Made by a program: the position numbers and the translations under genes
The notes under the pieces: generated by a model
What the model was told of the DNA's origin: nothing
Databases searched by the model: none
Seen by the model: only the letters and a program-made list of their open reading frames with translations
In this document: piece after piece, positions 1-14,000 of the stretch
How positions within the stretch are numbered: position 1 is the first letter of the stretch
How the letters are laid out: the number at the start of each line of letters is the position of its first letter
Source of the DNA: the human T2T-CHM13v2.0 reference genome, Homo sapiens
DNA length: 64,000 bases
Reading direction: 5' to 3' (one strand)
NCBI RefSeq assembly: GCF_009914755.1
Contig: NC_060931.1

Positions 1-1400
1 ACTATCTTCACAGCTCTGCAACTACCATCATTAATTCCAGAACATTTCCATCACTCCAAAAAGAAACTCAATACCCATTAGCAATCACTGCTGACTCCTG
101 TCTCCCCCAACCCAGGAAACAACTAATCTATTTTCTTTCTCTATTGATTTGCCTATTTTGGACTTTTCATATAGATGGAGTCATATAACGTGGCTTTTTG
201 TGTCTGACTTCTTTTCCTAGCATCATGTGTTCAAGGTTCATCCATACTGTAGTGTATATCAATACTTCATTTTTTGACTGAATAATATACACTTGCATGG
301 GCATACCTTATCAGTTGATGCACATTTTGGGTAGCGTACATTTTTGGCTATTATGAATTTCTATGAACATATATAGGTTATAAGTATGACAGGGTCCAGT
401 AGGAGTGGAAATGCTGGCTTTTATGGTAACTATGTTTAACTTTTTGAGGAACTGCCAAACTGTTATCAAAGTGCTGCTCCATTGTATATCCCCATCAGAA
501 ATGTATGAGAGTTCCAGTTTTTCCACAACCTTAGCAATACTTGCCATTGCTCATCTTTTTATCATAGCTATCCTAGTGGGTGTGAAGTAGTATTTTACTG
601 TGGTTTTGATTTGCATTTTCCTAATTTCTAATTGTGCATTGTTTTATGTGCTTATTGGACATTTGTGTATCTTGTTTGAAAAGATGTCTATTGAAAGCCT
701 TTGCTCTTTTTTTTTTTCAAGAGACAAGATCTCACTCAGTCACCCAGGCTGGAGTGCAGTGGCACAATCACGGCTCACTGCAGCCTTGATCTGGGCTCAA
801 GCCATCCTCCTGCCTCAGCTGAGTGGCTGGGACTACAAGGATGTGCCATCATATCCTAATTTTTAAATTTTTTTGTAGAGACTGGGTCTTGCTATATTTC
901 CCAGAATGGTCTCAAGCTCCTGGCCTCAAGGGATCCTCCCATTTTGGCCTCCCAAAGTGCTGGGATTACAGGTGTGATCTACCACACCTAGCTTCATTTT
1001 TAAATTGGGTTATTTATCTTTTTATTGTTGAGTTATAAGAGTTCTTTATATATGCATACAGGTCCTTTACCAGATGTATGATTTGCAAATCATTTCTTCT
1101 GTTCTGTGGGTTGCCTTTTTGCTGTCTTGATGGTGTCCATTGAGGCAGAATGTTTTTAATGTTTATGAAGTCCAATTTATCTAATTTTTCTTTTATGACT
1201 TGTGTTCTTGGGTCATATCTAGAAACCAATGACTAATCCAACGTCATGAAGATTTACTCCTATGCTTTCTTCTGTGAAATCGTAATCCTTACATCTAAGT
1301 CTGTGATCTATTTTGAATTAATTTTTCTGTGTGGTGTGAGATATGAATCCAACTCCATTCTTTTTCATGTGGCTATCCACTTATCTCAGCACTATTTGTT
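1..1400 (-). mobile_element. Old L1 (L1MB-like) 3' region, interrupted by an Alu
   Basis: Typical antisense L1M 3' text (e.g. 'tgtggttttgatttgcattttcctaat', 'gaagtccaatttatctaattt'); minus ORF 1014..1229 resembles L1 ORF2 C-terminus (KEKLDKLDFINIKN). Confidence 0.85.
707..992 (-). mobile_element. AluJ-type SINE
   Basis: Poly-T followed by antisense Alu dimer ('cccaggctggagtgcagtggcacaatcacggctcactgcagcc...ctcccaaagtgctgggattacagg'), highly diverged. Confidence 0.9.
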
Positions 1401-4400
1401 GATCACAGGTTCCTTTTATAATTTAAGAATGTTTTATAGTCTGCATTAATTATAATATTTTTATTAATATTAATTACAATATGTTTTTTTCCTCTCTAGG
1501 TGCTTGCCTGCTATGCTGTCAAAGCTTTGTGAGCACTGTAATTAGAACAAAATGGATGTCCTTGGAATTAAAACCCCAAGTCAGTAATGATTGACCACAA
1601 AGTAGACTTGTTCAATTGCACCCCATCATTCACTGTTATATAATACCAAGTACCAAGATTCTTACCATTATTATGTCATCCTATATTAATTCTTTCATTC
1701 ACACATATAGGATGAAAAACAAAGGAATGTTTATCCTATATAATGTTCCTTTATGATTTTTGTAATACCATTTTACTGTTGTTTATGCCTATAGCACCCA
1801 TTCGACTGATGTTATAAATACAAATTTGAAATGTGGTGAGTTGCTTCCATATACTGTTGTAGTAATTGAATATAGAGAACAGACCAAAATCAGATGAATG
1901 CTAGAAAACAAACAAAAATGGGGGAAAAGAGGCAAGCTCTACCTAATTGGGACTGATAGCAATTAGTACATTATATATACACGGATGCTTCCTTTTCATA
2001 AGTCAGATAAATGGAATGTAAAACACAATGCAGATGCTGTCCAAATATTGTGAGAGGGTTGCAATGAAAGGTGAAAATGTAGAATCTGAAAGGCATCAGT
2101 GCATATGGCATCCAGAAAAATGAGAATAACGTAAGATTTTTTTGGTATTTCTCCAAACTAATAGTGCCCAGACTTGTGACAGGAATATTTAGGTTCTTGG
2201 TTAGGTATAACTCTGAGGTGCCATAATTTTATAAAAGGAAATTTCAGCAAGCTGTCAACCTAAAAACATTCTCTTTCCTTTATTTCCTGGCTCAATTGTC
2301 ATTTAACCCACTGCTGTCCTTAGCTCATTTCTGAAGTAGATATCTAGAGAAAAAAAATTAACTCTCCATGTGTAAATACTTTGCATTGTAAATTAATAAA
2401 CTTTTCCGGTGACTTTATGGAACATAGGCCTAAATTCAGTTAGATGAGCTTCTGGATCTGAGGACTGAGTGAGGAAGGAAATCCTGGACTAGGGTTGAGT
2501 CCAAGCAACATTGCTGAGTAAAGTGATAATGACATTAGAAACCAAGCCACAGGGCCTTGTAAACGTGCTTCAGACTCACATTTATATTCAATAAAATTAT
2601 GGTTATTCTCATGAGTCAAATGATAGAAAGAAAATGTGAAGTCAGATTCTCCTTTTTCAGTATATTGATTGAAGAACTCCTTGATACTCAGATAATTCTG
2701 GATAGGGATATAATTATTCCAACAATATGTTTATGGGGACTGACTTCTGTATTGTGAAAATGCCCACCAAATTTGGTAACACATACCTGAAAGTTCCTGA
2801 AACACAAATATTATTCACAAATAGGAACTCAATATTTCATCTTATTATTTATTCTGAACTTCACTCTTATAAAAAAGCCAAAGGGTGTCATCCCTTTTCA
2901 GGCTAGGGACTAAGGAGTTTTATTTTACATAATTTAGTAGGCTTTTACAATTCTCCTCATGCTTCTTATATCCTTTTCTGGTGTCAGCATTCTTATAGTA
3001 CTTAGTCTAAACTTCTAAAGCAGAAATGGTGTGCGTGTCAATATAGTTAGCAAGAAATTAGGGAATATATTATCCACTCAAAGCAAGTCTTGGAGATGAG
3101 GAGAGAAAGAAATCTCTAGAGATATATGCAGTAGGGGCAGTCTTGAAGAGAAAAGGAATTCAGACTATGGAATTTGTCTTACAACTTTCAAGTCACATAG
3201 TATTAGAAATTAAGCCACAGAGCCTGGTGATACTATGTTTCATAAAATTCTTACCAGTAGTTACCACGTGTCCTAAGTCTTCATCACCGTGAGTTCCTGG
3301 GGCCTACATGAAGGAAGAACAAAAGCCCTTATAAATTACCTTGGGCCAGAGACTAGACCCAGCAGGTTCCATAGAAGAATAGCCTGCCCATTTCCTGTTG
3401 CTCTCATTGGGTGAGATTCTCTTGAATTAAGCACCAATAGCAGAAACCAAAAGAAAAACAACATCACAGATGTGATGACCATACTGCACCCAGCCTGCCT
3501 AGTTTCTGGCATAGACCGCACCAGCTCTCCTTTCAGAACCTGCAGTCACCCTCACTGTCTTATGCCTCCTTCTGATTATATGTGGGGTAGCTTCTGCACA
3601 TAAACCTCTGACTGATTAAACTCTACCCCACATCACCTGAAGAGATCAAGCAATGCTGTGTCAATGCTAAGGGCTCAGGGATGGTGAGCAGAGGCAAAGC
3701 ATGCACAAGTAGGAAAGCCACCACCTAGGTTCTTATGAAAAGCATGCATTTTTAGGATATTAGAAAAGCAAGCTGTAGTTAGCTTAATTCTGAATTCTGG
3801 GGCTAATTCCAAGCAAACAGAAACTCCCCATGTCCTGGGCAAAGCAAGTCTGTGCGTGTGGTGGCCTTTACGTCTTCTTCCTAGGTAATCACTTCTCTCA
3901 CCTTAGGATAGTGTGGCCAGGTTGCCAAGCACATTTTCCCTTGCATGGAGGGGGCTGATTCATGAAACAGTGACTTGCACAGGTGGGTCACAGTGTGTCC
4001 TGGATTACACGAACTAGCCAAGAGCCAGGGTGTGGGCTGTCTATGCGATTCTGCCCCCAACTTGTGTCAGCATGTCCTGGCATTTAAGTAAAGTTTAAGT
4101 GTGTGCTCATTTGTGTGAAGAAAAATTCAACAAAGGAATACAATCATTATAGGCCTCTGTATTGACAGGAAAGTCAAACCTGGTCAGCATTTGAAATGAC
4201 TTAAAATTGATTATTTTAAAAAGCTCTGTGATTAGAATGTTAGCCCAAAAGTAATCCTTTTTATGTACTATTTATCTGTTTCATTTCATTAAACTTTATA
4301 AGCCTCCCACAAGGTAGAGTTTTATCTGTTTTACAGATGTAATCCGACTTGAAAAATACCATAATTAATCAATAACAACGCTAAAGAAAAACAGCCCCAA

Positions 4401-4482
4401 GTTTCTTAATCTTTATTTATGAGGGCAAGATGGGACAAGGCTAAATTGCTACACTTTACCCTGATAAACACATTTCATGTGA

Positions 4483-4816
<334 letters not shown>

Positions 4817-4959
4817 TTATGTGAATTTTTAAAAATGCTATCTTGCTCTGTCCTTCAGATCTTTGAAGAAGCATGAGAACACAGAAAGGAGAATACATAT
4901 TTTAGAATTTTTTTGAAGCAAAATCCTATCTATGTGCTCTTTTGTTTTATTCTTAAACT

Positions 4960-5450
4960 TACAGCAGTTTTAGATTTTTTAAAAAAATTATGAAGATAGT
5001 ATGGAGACTCCCATATACTACATATCTAGTCTTCCACAATTAATGAAACAATATTATGATATATATTATTATTAAAGTTAATATTTTATTCAAATTTTCT
5101 TAATTTTTACCTAACATTTTTACCTTTTTCTGTTCCAGCTTCCCATCCAGGATAGCACATCACATATAGTCATCATGTCTCCTTAGGCTTCCCTTGACTA
5201 TTGCAATTTCTCAGATTCTCTTGGTTTTTGATGACTGGTTTTGAGGAATACTTGGATTTTGCAGAATATCCCTCTATTGATATCTTTCTGATGTTTTCTC
5301 ATAGTTATACTGGGTTTATGTGTTTGGGGAGTAGGACCACTGAGGTCAAGTGCCATTTTCATCACATTATATCAAGGGTACTTTCAACATGACTTATTAC
5401 TTTTGATGTTGACCTTGATCATCTGACTATGGTAGTTTGTTTGTCAGTTA
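4960..5450 (-). mobile_element. L1MC-like 3' UTR fragment
   Basis: 'cccatccaggatagcacatcacatatagtcatcatgtctccttaggc' and 'gaggtcaagtgccattttcatcacattatatcaaggg' match recalled L1MC 3' ends. Confidence 0.7.
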
Positions 5451-6922
5451 CATGCTCTTTTGAAATTTTATTTAATTACGTAGAATGATCTCTTCATTAA
5501 AAGATTTATTAAGTTTAATTTTAAATATGATGTAGCCAAGCAGTAGTAGCATTAGAACTAGCTATCAGTTGCACAGGTTACAATACATAGGAGATGACAT
5601 TGCATATTTAGAGAGTGACAGGAAAAGGAATTACACACCAGGAAAACTGGTTTCGTGAGTCTTAAAGTGCATCATCTGTACAAGTCCTATGGAGAAGGTT
5701 AATACTACAAGCTCTTCCTTAGCATATTTTACTTTGCAAAACATGTTGCAATATCACTCTAGTTATTTTTTTTCAACATTCCTATGAAGAAGCAAAGCAG
5801 AGCTGCCTTCCTTTACTTTCAGTGGCAGGCTTTGTAGTCAGAGATACTTGTGTTTGGTTTTGAGCTTAGCCCCACTTTCTATCTGAATCACCCTTGGAAA
5901 AAATTTCTGGGAGCACCTAGTCTATAAAATAGGCATAATAATACAAACCTTGTAGGAAAAGAATACATAGACTGTTTCAACCAAGCATCTCAGATACATA
6001 CGAGACATTCAATAAATCTTCGTTCCATTTCTCTCCTTCTTTCTCATGCTCACTTCCCCTTGTCCAAATCTCCAAACTTATAAATAAACACTTCAGGATC
6101 TGGGCATTATAAGGATGCATATTAGTATTAAAACTGACCATCAATTTTAATCAATCATGTAAATTTCAGCAAATGTAAAACAGCTTCAGACTAATGCTAT
6201 GGAAATCTTATGGGAGTGGACTAACACAGTTGCTACCCAGATGTCAGTAGAATCCTAGCACCATAGTCCTGAGAACCATGATTTCCAGTAGTACATTTAA
6301 TCATAATTCTAGATCTCCCATGTTCTACTTACAGTTTCTCACTTCCTTAAGAATCCAATAAAAAAAATGAAATTATAAGGCTTCAATCACAATATTTGAA
6401 TATTGATTGTTAACATTGTTACATTGTTAGGGCTACCCTAATGTGATATCTTGGTGATCCTCAATAATGTGAACTTACATGTAGAGAGGTTGCATCATGT
6501 GTACATGTAACTGATAAAAAGGCACCGAAAATAAGGCAACTATACATACTCAGGACAAAAATAAATATACCGAGAGAAAGGGATGGAGAAACAGTGGTTG
6601 TATCTGTCATTGTCTTCACTGAGTGTAAGCCTTAGAGTAAGCATGAGATGGAACCATGAACACATTCTTCCCTTAGGCTGCCTCATTTCTTTTATACCTC
6701 TCATAATTCTGGAGTCTTGGCATACCTAGTGTGATTCTAGTTTTTAAAGGTATGTATTTTTCACATAACAAGGTCCCTAGATGTAAGCCACCTCCTTCAT
6801 CTGGCTACTATATTAAAGAAATCAAAATAGGATCCAAAGATGAAGGGAAAGTCTGTGTTGGAACTGTTGTCTCCAGTGTGGGGCCCCTGAAGGTATTAGT
6901 ATTTTAATGGCCAATTTGGACA

Positions 6923-7721
<799 letters not shown>

Positions 7722-8099
7722 TTAGAAACTAGTCCCTGTATAACTCCATTATTTCTTAAACTAATTTATATTTGAATACAAAATTATTCATAATATGATT
7801 TTTCAGGGGAGGTGTCGTTCGATAAGAAAATATCTAGCTGAATTGAAGCAGACCCTGTAGCCCATTTGGTTACAAGTACCCAGGTAGCAAACACTGATTT
7901 GCCCTGCCTGGACCTGCTCCATTCCCTCCCCACTTGTCATGGGGCACACAACTTAGTGCATTAGACTTGTGCACCCCTAGATCTGGTTCTAAGCGCTTTA
8001 CTGACAAGGCTAAGGTGGAAGTAGCAGCACCATCCTGATTCTAAGCCTTCACCCCAGACCCAAAATGAGCTCCAGGAGAGCTCTCGGGACCCTACCTTT

Positions 8100-8379
8100 A
8101 TTTGTTTCTTTTCTTTTTTTTTTTTTTTTTTTTTTTTTGAGACGGAGTCTCACTCTATCGCCCAGGCTGGAGTGCAGCGGTGCAATCTTGGCTCACTGCA
8201 ACCTCCACAGCTGGGACTACAGGTGTATGCCACCATGCCCGGCTAATTTTTGTATTTTTAGTAGAGACGGGGTTTCGCCACGTTGGCCAGGCTGGTCTTG
8301 AACTCCCGACATCAGGTGATCCACCCACCTTGGCCTCCCAAAGTGCTGGGATTACAGGCATGAGCCACTGCACCCAGCC
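8100..8379 (-). mobile_element. AluS SINE with ~40-bp internal deletion
   Basis: Antisense Alu; 'caacctccac|agctgggactac' lacks the usual intervening segment; TSD ccctaccttt at 8090-8099 and 8380-8389. Confidence 0.92.
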
Positions 8380-8903
8380 CCCTACCTTTCTTTTCCTCCT
8401 GCATTAATGTGAGGAAGGTTGATGTGAACAGATCTTCGCTCTACTTGGAGTCTGAGAATGATAGATAATTCTCTGGAAGTTATGTGGGATGGGTAGAGAA
8501 GAATTATTCCCTTCTGCCATGCATGAATAAGTGGTTGTGTTCTCCCTCTTCTTGACCCCAGGAAAGGCTGAACCCAGAAATGGTGATGGAGAAAGAGCTC
8601 AGAGCTCATTCCTACCTTGTCTTAATTCATATCTTCTTGTCCCAGGCTAGTACATAAATGGGATACCCAGTTAGGTGTTTGTGATAGGACCAGAGGAGGA
8701 AATGGCCACATGTACAACAGCATACAAAGGGGTAATATGAAGTAAACTGAGTGGGGAGGCATTGGCTACTTCCCATTCATAAGAGCCAGGAATTCCATGG
8801 CTTTTCTACATCCATGAGCATGCTTGTTCTCATGCCCATGTTCTTTTTTTTTTTTAAAGAAAAATTTATTTCTTAACATAAGCTCCATCCATTTGAAAAG
8901 GCT

Positions 8904-9315
8904 GTGTTTCTGCTCATTTCTCTTATCAAACAATAAATTTTGTGACCATTTTGATGGGAAATCATCAGGCATCCACCCTAGAATCCTGACTTGGCTCCCT
9001 CAACTTCCCCTTAACCTCCAATCTTAAAAAATCCCCCAAAAGGCCATCAATTTCAAGACACCATTGTAAATGTTGATACTGGTCATTCAGTCCAATCCTA
9101 AATACCAAGGGTCCTGGAAATGGATCTATGTGAATGCAGTCTCTTTTACATTATTAACTAAAGATAAAAAGACCCCATTTAAAGATTTTTTAAAAATTAG
9201 AAAACAAAAAGAAGCCAAAATGAACCAAATCGAGGCTTTTAGGTGGATGCCCAACAATTTTCCATCCAAATGCCCACAAAATTCCTTGTCCAATGAGAGG
9301 AATTAGCAGGAATAT
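8904..9315. repeat. Long imperfect inverted repeat (probable ancient palindromic non-autonomous DNA transposon)
   Basis: 8904-8977 matches the reverse complement of 9242-9315 at 55/74 ungapped positions; similarity continues inward with gaps to about 9045/9170. Confidence 0.75.
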
Positions 9316-9449
9316 CATGCCTATATTCTTTATGGTACAAGAGAAAATACAAAACAGATATTCTCCTAGGGTCTTGTGGTGTGGTAGAGATACTCAAGCC
9401 CCAAAAGTAACCATCTTACTGTCTCCAGTCAGGTGAATGACATTTCAAG

Positions 9450-9620
9450 AGCTCAGGATTAGGAGTCAGAAGACTCAGGTGCATATTCTGCATCTGTCAC
9501 TTTCCGCTGTGTGGTGCTGAGCAGGTTTCTAACTTCTCTTTGCCTTGGTGTAGCCATCTACAAAATGACTATAATGCGGCAGATTAAATGAAAGCATCTA
9601 GCATATTGGCGATTTTAGTT
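9450..9620 (+). mobile_element. MIR SINE
   Basis: MIR core 'aggagtcagaagactcagg...ctgtgtggtgctgagcagg...aacttctctttgccttgg...catctacaaaatg'. Confidence 0.7.
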
Positions 9621-9628
9621 AAATCTGA

Positions 9629-9793
9629 TTTTTTTTTTTTTTTTTTTGAGACAGGATCTCACTCTGTCACTCAGGCTGAGTGTAGTGGTGCAATCACAGC
9701 TCACTGCAGCCTCAAATTCCTGAGCTGAAGAGATCTTCCCACCTTAGCCTCCTGAGTAGCTAGGTCTACAGACTCACACCACATTCCCGACTA
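9629..9793 (-). mobile_element. Alu right-arm monomer (FRAM or truncated AluJ)
   Basis: Poly-T plus a single antisense Alu arm; TSD taaatctga at 9620-9628 and 9794-9802. Confidence 0.85.
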
Positions 9794-10494
9794 TAAATCT
9801 GAATTTTAATCAACTTTGTGGAAGCTAATAATCTATTTGCCTCTGGAATAACTGACAGAAAGCTACGGAGCATTCTTAGCTCTACACTTTTGTTGAAGGA
9901 ACTGGGCTCATAATGTCATAGAAGGCAATTATTTTCACATTTTGTTCAAGGCTAGTTCCCAATTCAATTCAGTTATTTTAGGCAAGAATGTTTTCAAAAG
10001 GCCTAAGTGATATTATTAACAAATGGGTTATACCTTCTCTTCACAGAGTTAAGCCTCTAATTATACGTTAAGCTGATTTATTAGTACTGCAGGCTTAAAC
10101 ATTTCCTAACTATTAGGACTGACTAGAGACACAGGTTAACTCTCCACATGCAATGAATCTGAATGGCAAAAACACTGCAGAGGAAGACGTGATGCATGGT
10201 GGATGAGTCACAAGGAAAGGCTCAGAGAAGGTATTAATTAGGGTAATAGGACATTATAACAGGTAAAATATGGGTTAAGTGTCAGTGAATTTCCCCTAAG
10301 GACATACTTCCTATGATAGTAGGGAAGAGTCTTCTAATGGAGGTGATTAAAGCCTCCAAGCTTAAGACCTTTAAAACTAGACTGAACAGAGTCCTTATGA
10401 ACATACTAGAAAGAAGAATTCTACCCTGATTGGGGTAGTGGTAGATAATCTAATAGCCTTTTGCACTGCTAAGGGCCTTGATCGCTGAGCTACC

Positions 10495-10780
10495 CAGTAA
10501 TTGCATACATTGCAAACCATCAAGTAAGTACACAGTTCTCTCACTTAAGAATGTAGCTCTTATTTCTCTGGGCACTGCTTTCTTTGGGGGCAAACTTCCA
10601 GTATCACTGATACTAATATAAAAACCCTGTAAGTCTGCTTGCATTTTCAAGATCCAATATATATCCAGATTGTTTTCCCAGCAAAGAAAATTTTATTTCT
10701 CAAGATATAAAAAATAAATATTTAATTTCAGTTTCCTCAAAAGGAATATGAAATTTGTTAAAATGCAAATCCAGCTGTAA
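10495..10780. promoter_or_regulatory. Candidate enhancer: Ets-IRF composite + octamer + E-box
   Basis: tttcagtttcctc (10726-10738; rc GAGGAAACTGAAA), ATGCAAAT (10763-10770), CAGCTG (10772-10777) in non-repeat sequence. Confidence 0.4.
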
Positions 10781-11279
10781 CTTTTTCGGACTTGTCTTTT
10801 ATTTCTTGCTTAGTAAAAGCACTATTAGTTTGGCATCATCAAATGAGTAGGGATGAGCTGCATCTCTCAGGAACCCCACCAATGGATGTGGTGGAATGAG
10901 AAATTGTTGCAACCATCACTATTCTAAATCCAGTAAAGGGAGTTCAGAGACCCATGATCTTATCTTCAGTGACTTTGTGACCCACCTGTAAGAACTACAA
11001 CCTGGTTGATCTGGATCTCAGATAACACTGGACCATAGCACTCCTCCTAGGCCCATTCTGATTTGAGCCTACTTCCACTCACAGGCAGGATAGGTGGCCA
11101 CCAATGTAGAGTGATTTCAGGGGTGCCAGAAGATCCTCCTTACTTGCCTGCTTGGTGATATCAGAAAGCAGTCTCATTCTTTAAGGAGTGTTAACGTGTG
11201 ACACGCCCCCATCCCCCATCATCTACCTGTTCATCCTGTCCTGCCCTCCTCTTCACTTCTCCCCACCTTCCTTTAGGCT

Positions 11280-12050
11280 CCCTGAATTAGTTGCACCACT
11301 ATTTACTTTGCCTCTACCACAAACTTGGCAAAACCTTGACACTTTTCTCTCTCATAGCCTTATTTCATTTAATAGCCAAGTCCTGTTAAATCCACTTCCA
11401 ATGCCTCTGAAATCTGCTTTTCTCCACTACCTTAGTATGATCCACATTTATATTTCTCCTGGATTATTACAACAGCCTTCTGAACTGGTCTTCTTGCTTC
11501 TCCTCTTGACTCCCTTCACTCTATTGTTTAAAAGTGATCTTTTAAAATACTATCAGATCATGTCACGCCCATGCTTAAACATACTAATTTACTACTCTCC
11601 TGCCCTCAATGTGAGTTTCAGATTCCTTAGAAAAGGCTTTCTTCTCCAGCCTTATGTCCCCATCTCTGTCTCACACTGAATTCTCCAGCCATTCTGAATT
11701 ATGGGCAGCTCTCCAAACATGCTGCCTCTTTCTTGCCTTAGTTCCTTCTACCCGAATGGTTCTCACTAATCCCTTCTCACCTGATCAGCTCTTCTTCATC
11801 ACACAGGTTTTGGCATAGAGAACTTATGCTTCAAATATCTTTTCATAGTCCACTAAGGATTAAACCACTCCTGTGTACTTTATGTTCATCCCTATGCAGC
11901 ATGACCATGCCATAATTTCTCCCAAGAGATTGTCAGCTAGCACGTGGTCACAGACTGGGGTCCTTTTCACTGTGTTACCTCCAACATTTAGTACAATGCT
12001 GGCACCTAGTAAGTACTAAATAAAACTTTGTTGAATGAATAAACAAACAC
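11280..12050 (+). mobile_element. L2 LINE 3' part
   Basis: L2 hallmarks 'tcagatcatgtcac', 'acaatgctggcacctagtaag...ttgttgaatgaataaac' terminus. Confidence 0.8.
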
Positions 12051-12520
12051 AAGTCTTCTCTGGGAGAAGTAACATGTTGATTCACTAGCATAAAAAAGAG
12101 ATAAGTTAGGAAAAATTACCTAGGGAAATTCTGTGGAGGAGATGTAATTAGGCTGGGGAGAGAAGGGAGTATGTGGGGCAAGAGGAACTGTCTGAACAAC
12201 ACTACCAAGATGAGAATTGATGAAGAATGTTCATGAAACACTGAAGAGTCTGGCTTGATTAGAAAGGAGGATGTATGTTTAGGAAATGGAGACAGGTCAA
12301 ATGATGAAGGGTTTTAAAAGACAGAAAAAATACTTTAGATATAGTGTAGTTAGAAATAGCGACCCATACATGATTTTAGAACAGATGTGTGACATGATAA
12401 AAGTGGTGTTTATGGAAGATTAATCTGGGAATTGTATAAAGGAAACATTGGACAAGGATGCTATTATAGTCATCACAAGCAGCTAAAAGATTGTTGTGCT
12501 GTAATACATGAATAAGAGGA

Positions 12521-12876
12521 TGTAATAGGTTAAATTACTGTTCCAAATATTCACTCCCTTTTTCTCTCACCCTGTGCCTTCCACATCTTTGCTCTGAACT
12601 TGACCATGTGACTTGCTTTGGCTATTAGAATGGTAGTGGACATAATGTGAACAAAACTTGAGAAGCACTTGTGTGATTGAGCTTGCTTCTGTGATCACCA
12701 AGAAGAGAACATGCCTTGGCTACCCGGCAAAGAGAACTGAGGAGCAGATGAGCACCAGCTAAGCCCAACCTATATCAGCTAACCCCCAGCCAGCCACAAA
12801 CACATGATTAATACTAAATCATTGTTTTATGATTGAGTTTTGGGTATTTTATTATACAGCAATAGTAACTCATACA
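12521..12876 (+). mobile_element. MLT1 (H/I-like) MaLR solo LTR
   Basis: TGT...ACA termini; 'gaccatgtgacttgctttggc', 'cagcaatagtaactcataca'; 5-bp TSD-like gagga/gggga. Confidence 0.8.
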
Positions 12877-13202
12877 GGGGATAAGGATGTGATCCTGGCA
12901 TAGAAACCAAAGAGAGAATGAATCTGAGACATTGTTTGAAGGACAAATTCACAGTTCTTTGGTAATAACAGACACTGAGATTGAAAGAGAGAGATAGTTC
13001 AAAATTTAGTTCCAAGTTTTTAAACCTGAAGTGAGCGAAGAGTGGTGACATTTCCATGACAGTGAAAATGAGAAACTGAATTTTGGACTTGCTAAATTTG
13101 AAGTGCTGGTGGAAGATACGACAGAAAGGCATAGTATGAAATTAGAGCTAAGGAGAGGGAACATGAATTAGAGGACAGGAGAGGATGTTTTAAGTCATGA
13201 TT

Positions 13203-13588
13203 TGTTGTGGATTGAATTGTGTTTCTCCCAAATTCATATGTTGGGTTCTAACCTTCAATGTGACTGTATTTGGAAATAGAACATTTAGGAGGTAAAGTTA
13301 AATGGGGTAACAAGGGTGGTCTTAATCTGACAGGGTTGGTGGCCTTCTAAGACGAGGAAGAGACACCAGAGTGCGCACTCTGTCCACACACATACACACC
13401 CTGAGGAAAAGGCCATGTGAGGACACAGTGAGATGGTGATGGTTTGCAAGCCAGGAAGCCCTCTCCTCGACCCTGCTGGCACCCTGATTTCAGACTTCCA
13501 AACTTCAGAGCTGTGAGAAAATAATCATGTGTTGGTTATACCACCCAGTCTATGGTATTTTGTTGTGGCAGCTTGAGATGACTAATAG
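13203..13588 (+). mobile_element. MLT1A/B MaLR solo LTR
   Basis: 'tgttgtggattgaattgtgt...ccaaattcatatgttg', 'aaggccatgtgaggacacag', 'tatggtattttgttgtggcagc...gactaata'. Confidence 0.85.
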
Positions 13589-13739
13589 CACTCTAGGGAA
13601 ATCCTGAAGCACAGTAGACAGGAAGAAGAGCAGAAAGCCAAGGATGGGGCCAGAAAATGCCTAAAAGTAAGGGGGTCAGGGAAGAGGATCCAGAGGAAAA
13701 TGGGGTTATAAATGTAAAGGGGTAAAAGCACATTGTGAG

Positions 13740-14000
13740 AAGTGGTATCAATGTGGTAAGCAGAGCATGGGCTTAGAGTCAGTAGGACCTAGGATTGAAT
13801 CTTCCTCTACTACTTGGGAACCTTGAGCAATTACTTAACCTCTCTCGACCCCACTACTTTATTTTTTAAATGGAGATAATAATGGTCCTTACTTTAGGTG
13901 GGCATTTGAAAAATACAAAGATTAATGCATGTAAAGTGCTTAATATTGTGCATGACACAATATTAACTATAGTGAACTCTTACTAAATGGCAGTTATCTT
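13740..14000 (+). mobile_element. MIR SINE
   Basis: 'gtggtaagcagagcatgggcttagagtcag...ccttgagcaattacttaacctctc...aaatggagataataatgg...atgcatgtaaagtgctta'. Confidence 0.8.

Larger units (their letters stand above)
12100..13700 (-). mobile_element. L2 LINE fragments interrupted by two MLT1 LTRs
   Basis: Purine-rich antisense L2 text ('gtgacatgataaaagtgg...gaagattaatctgg', 'ttttggacttgctaaatttgaag'). Confidence 0.65.

Noticed and set aside
11188-11679. 163-aa plus ORF
   Set aside because: Lies in a pyrimidine-rich L2 remnant, starts at a non-ATG codon and has a biased L/P/S composition.
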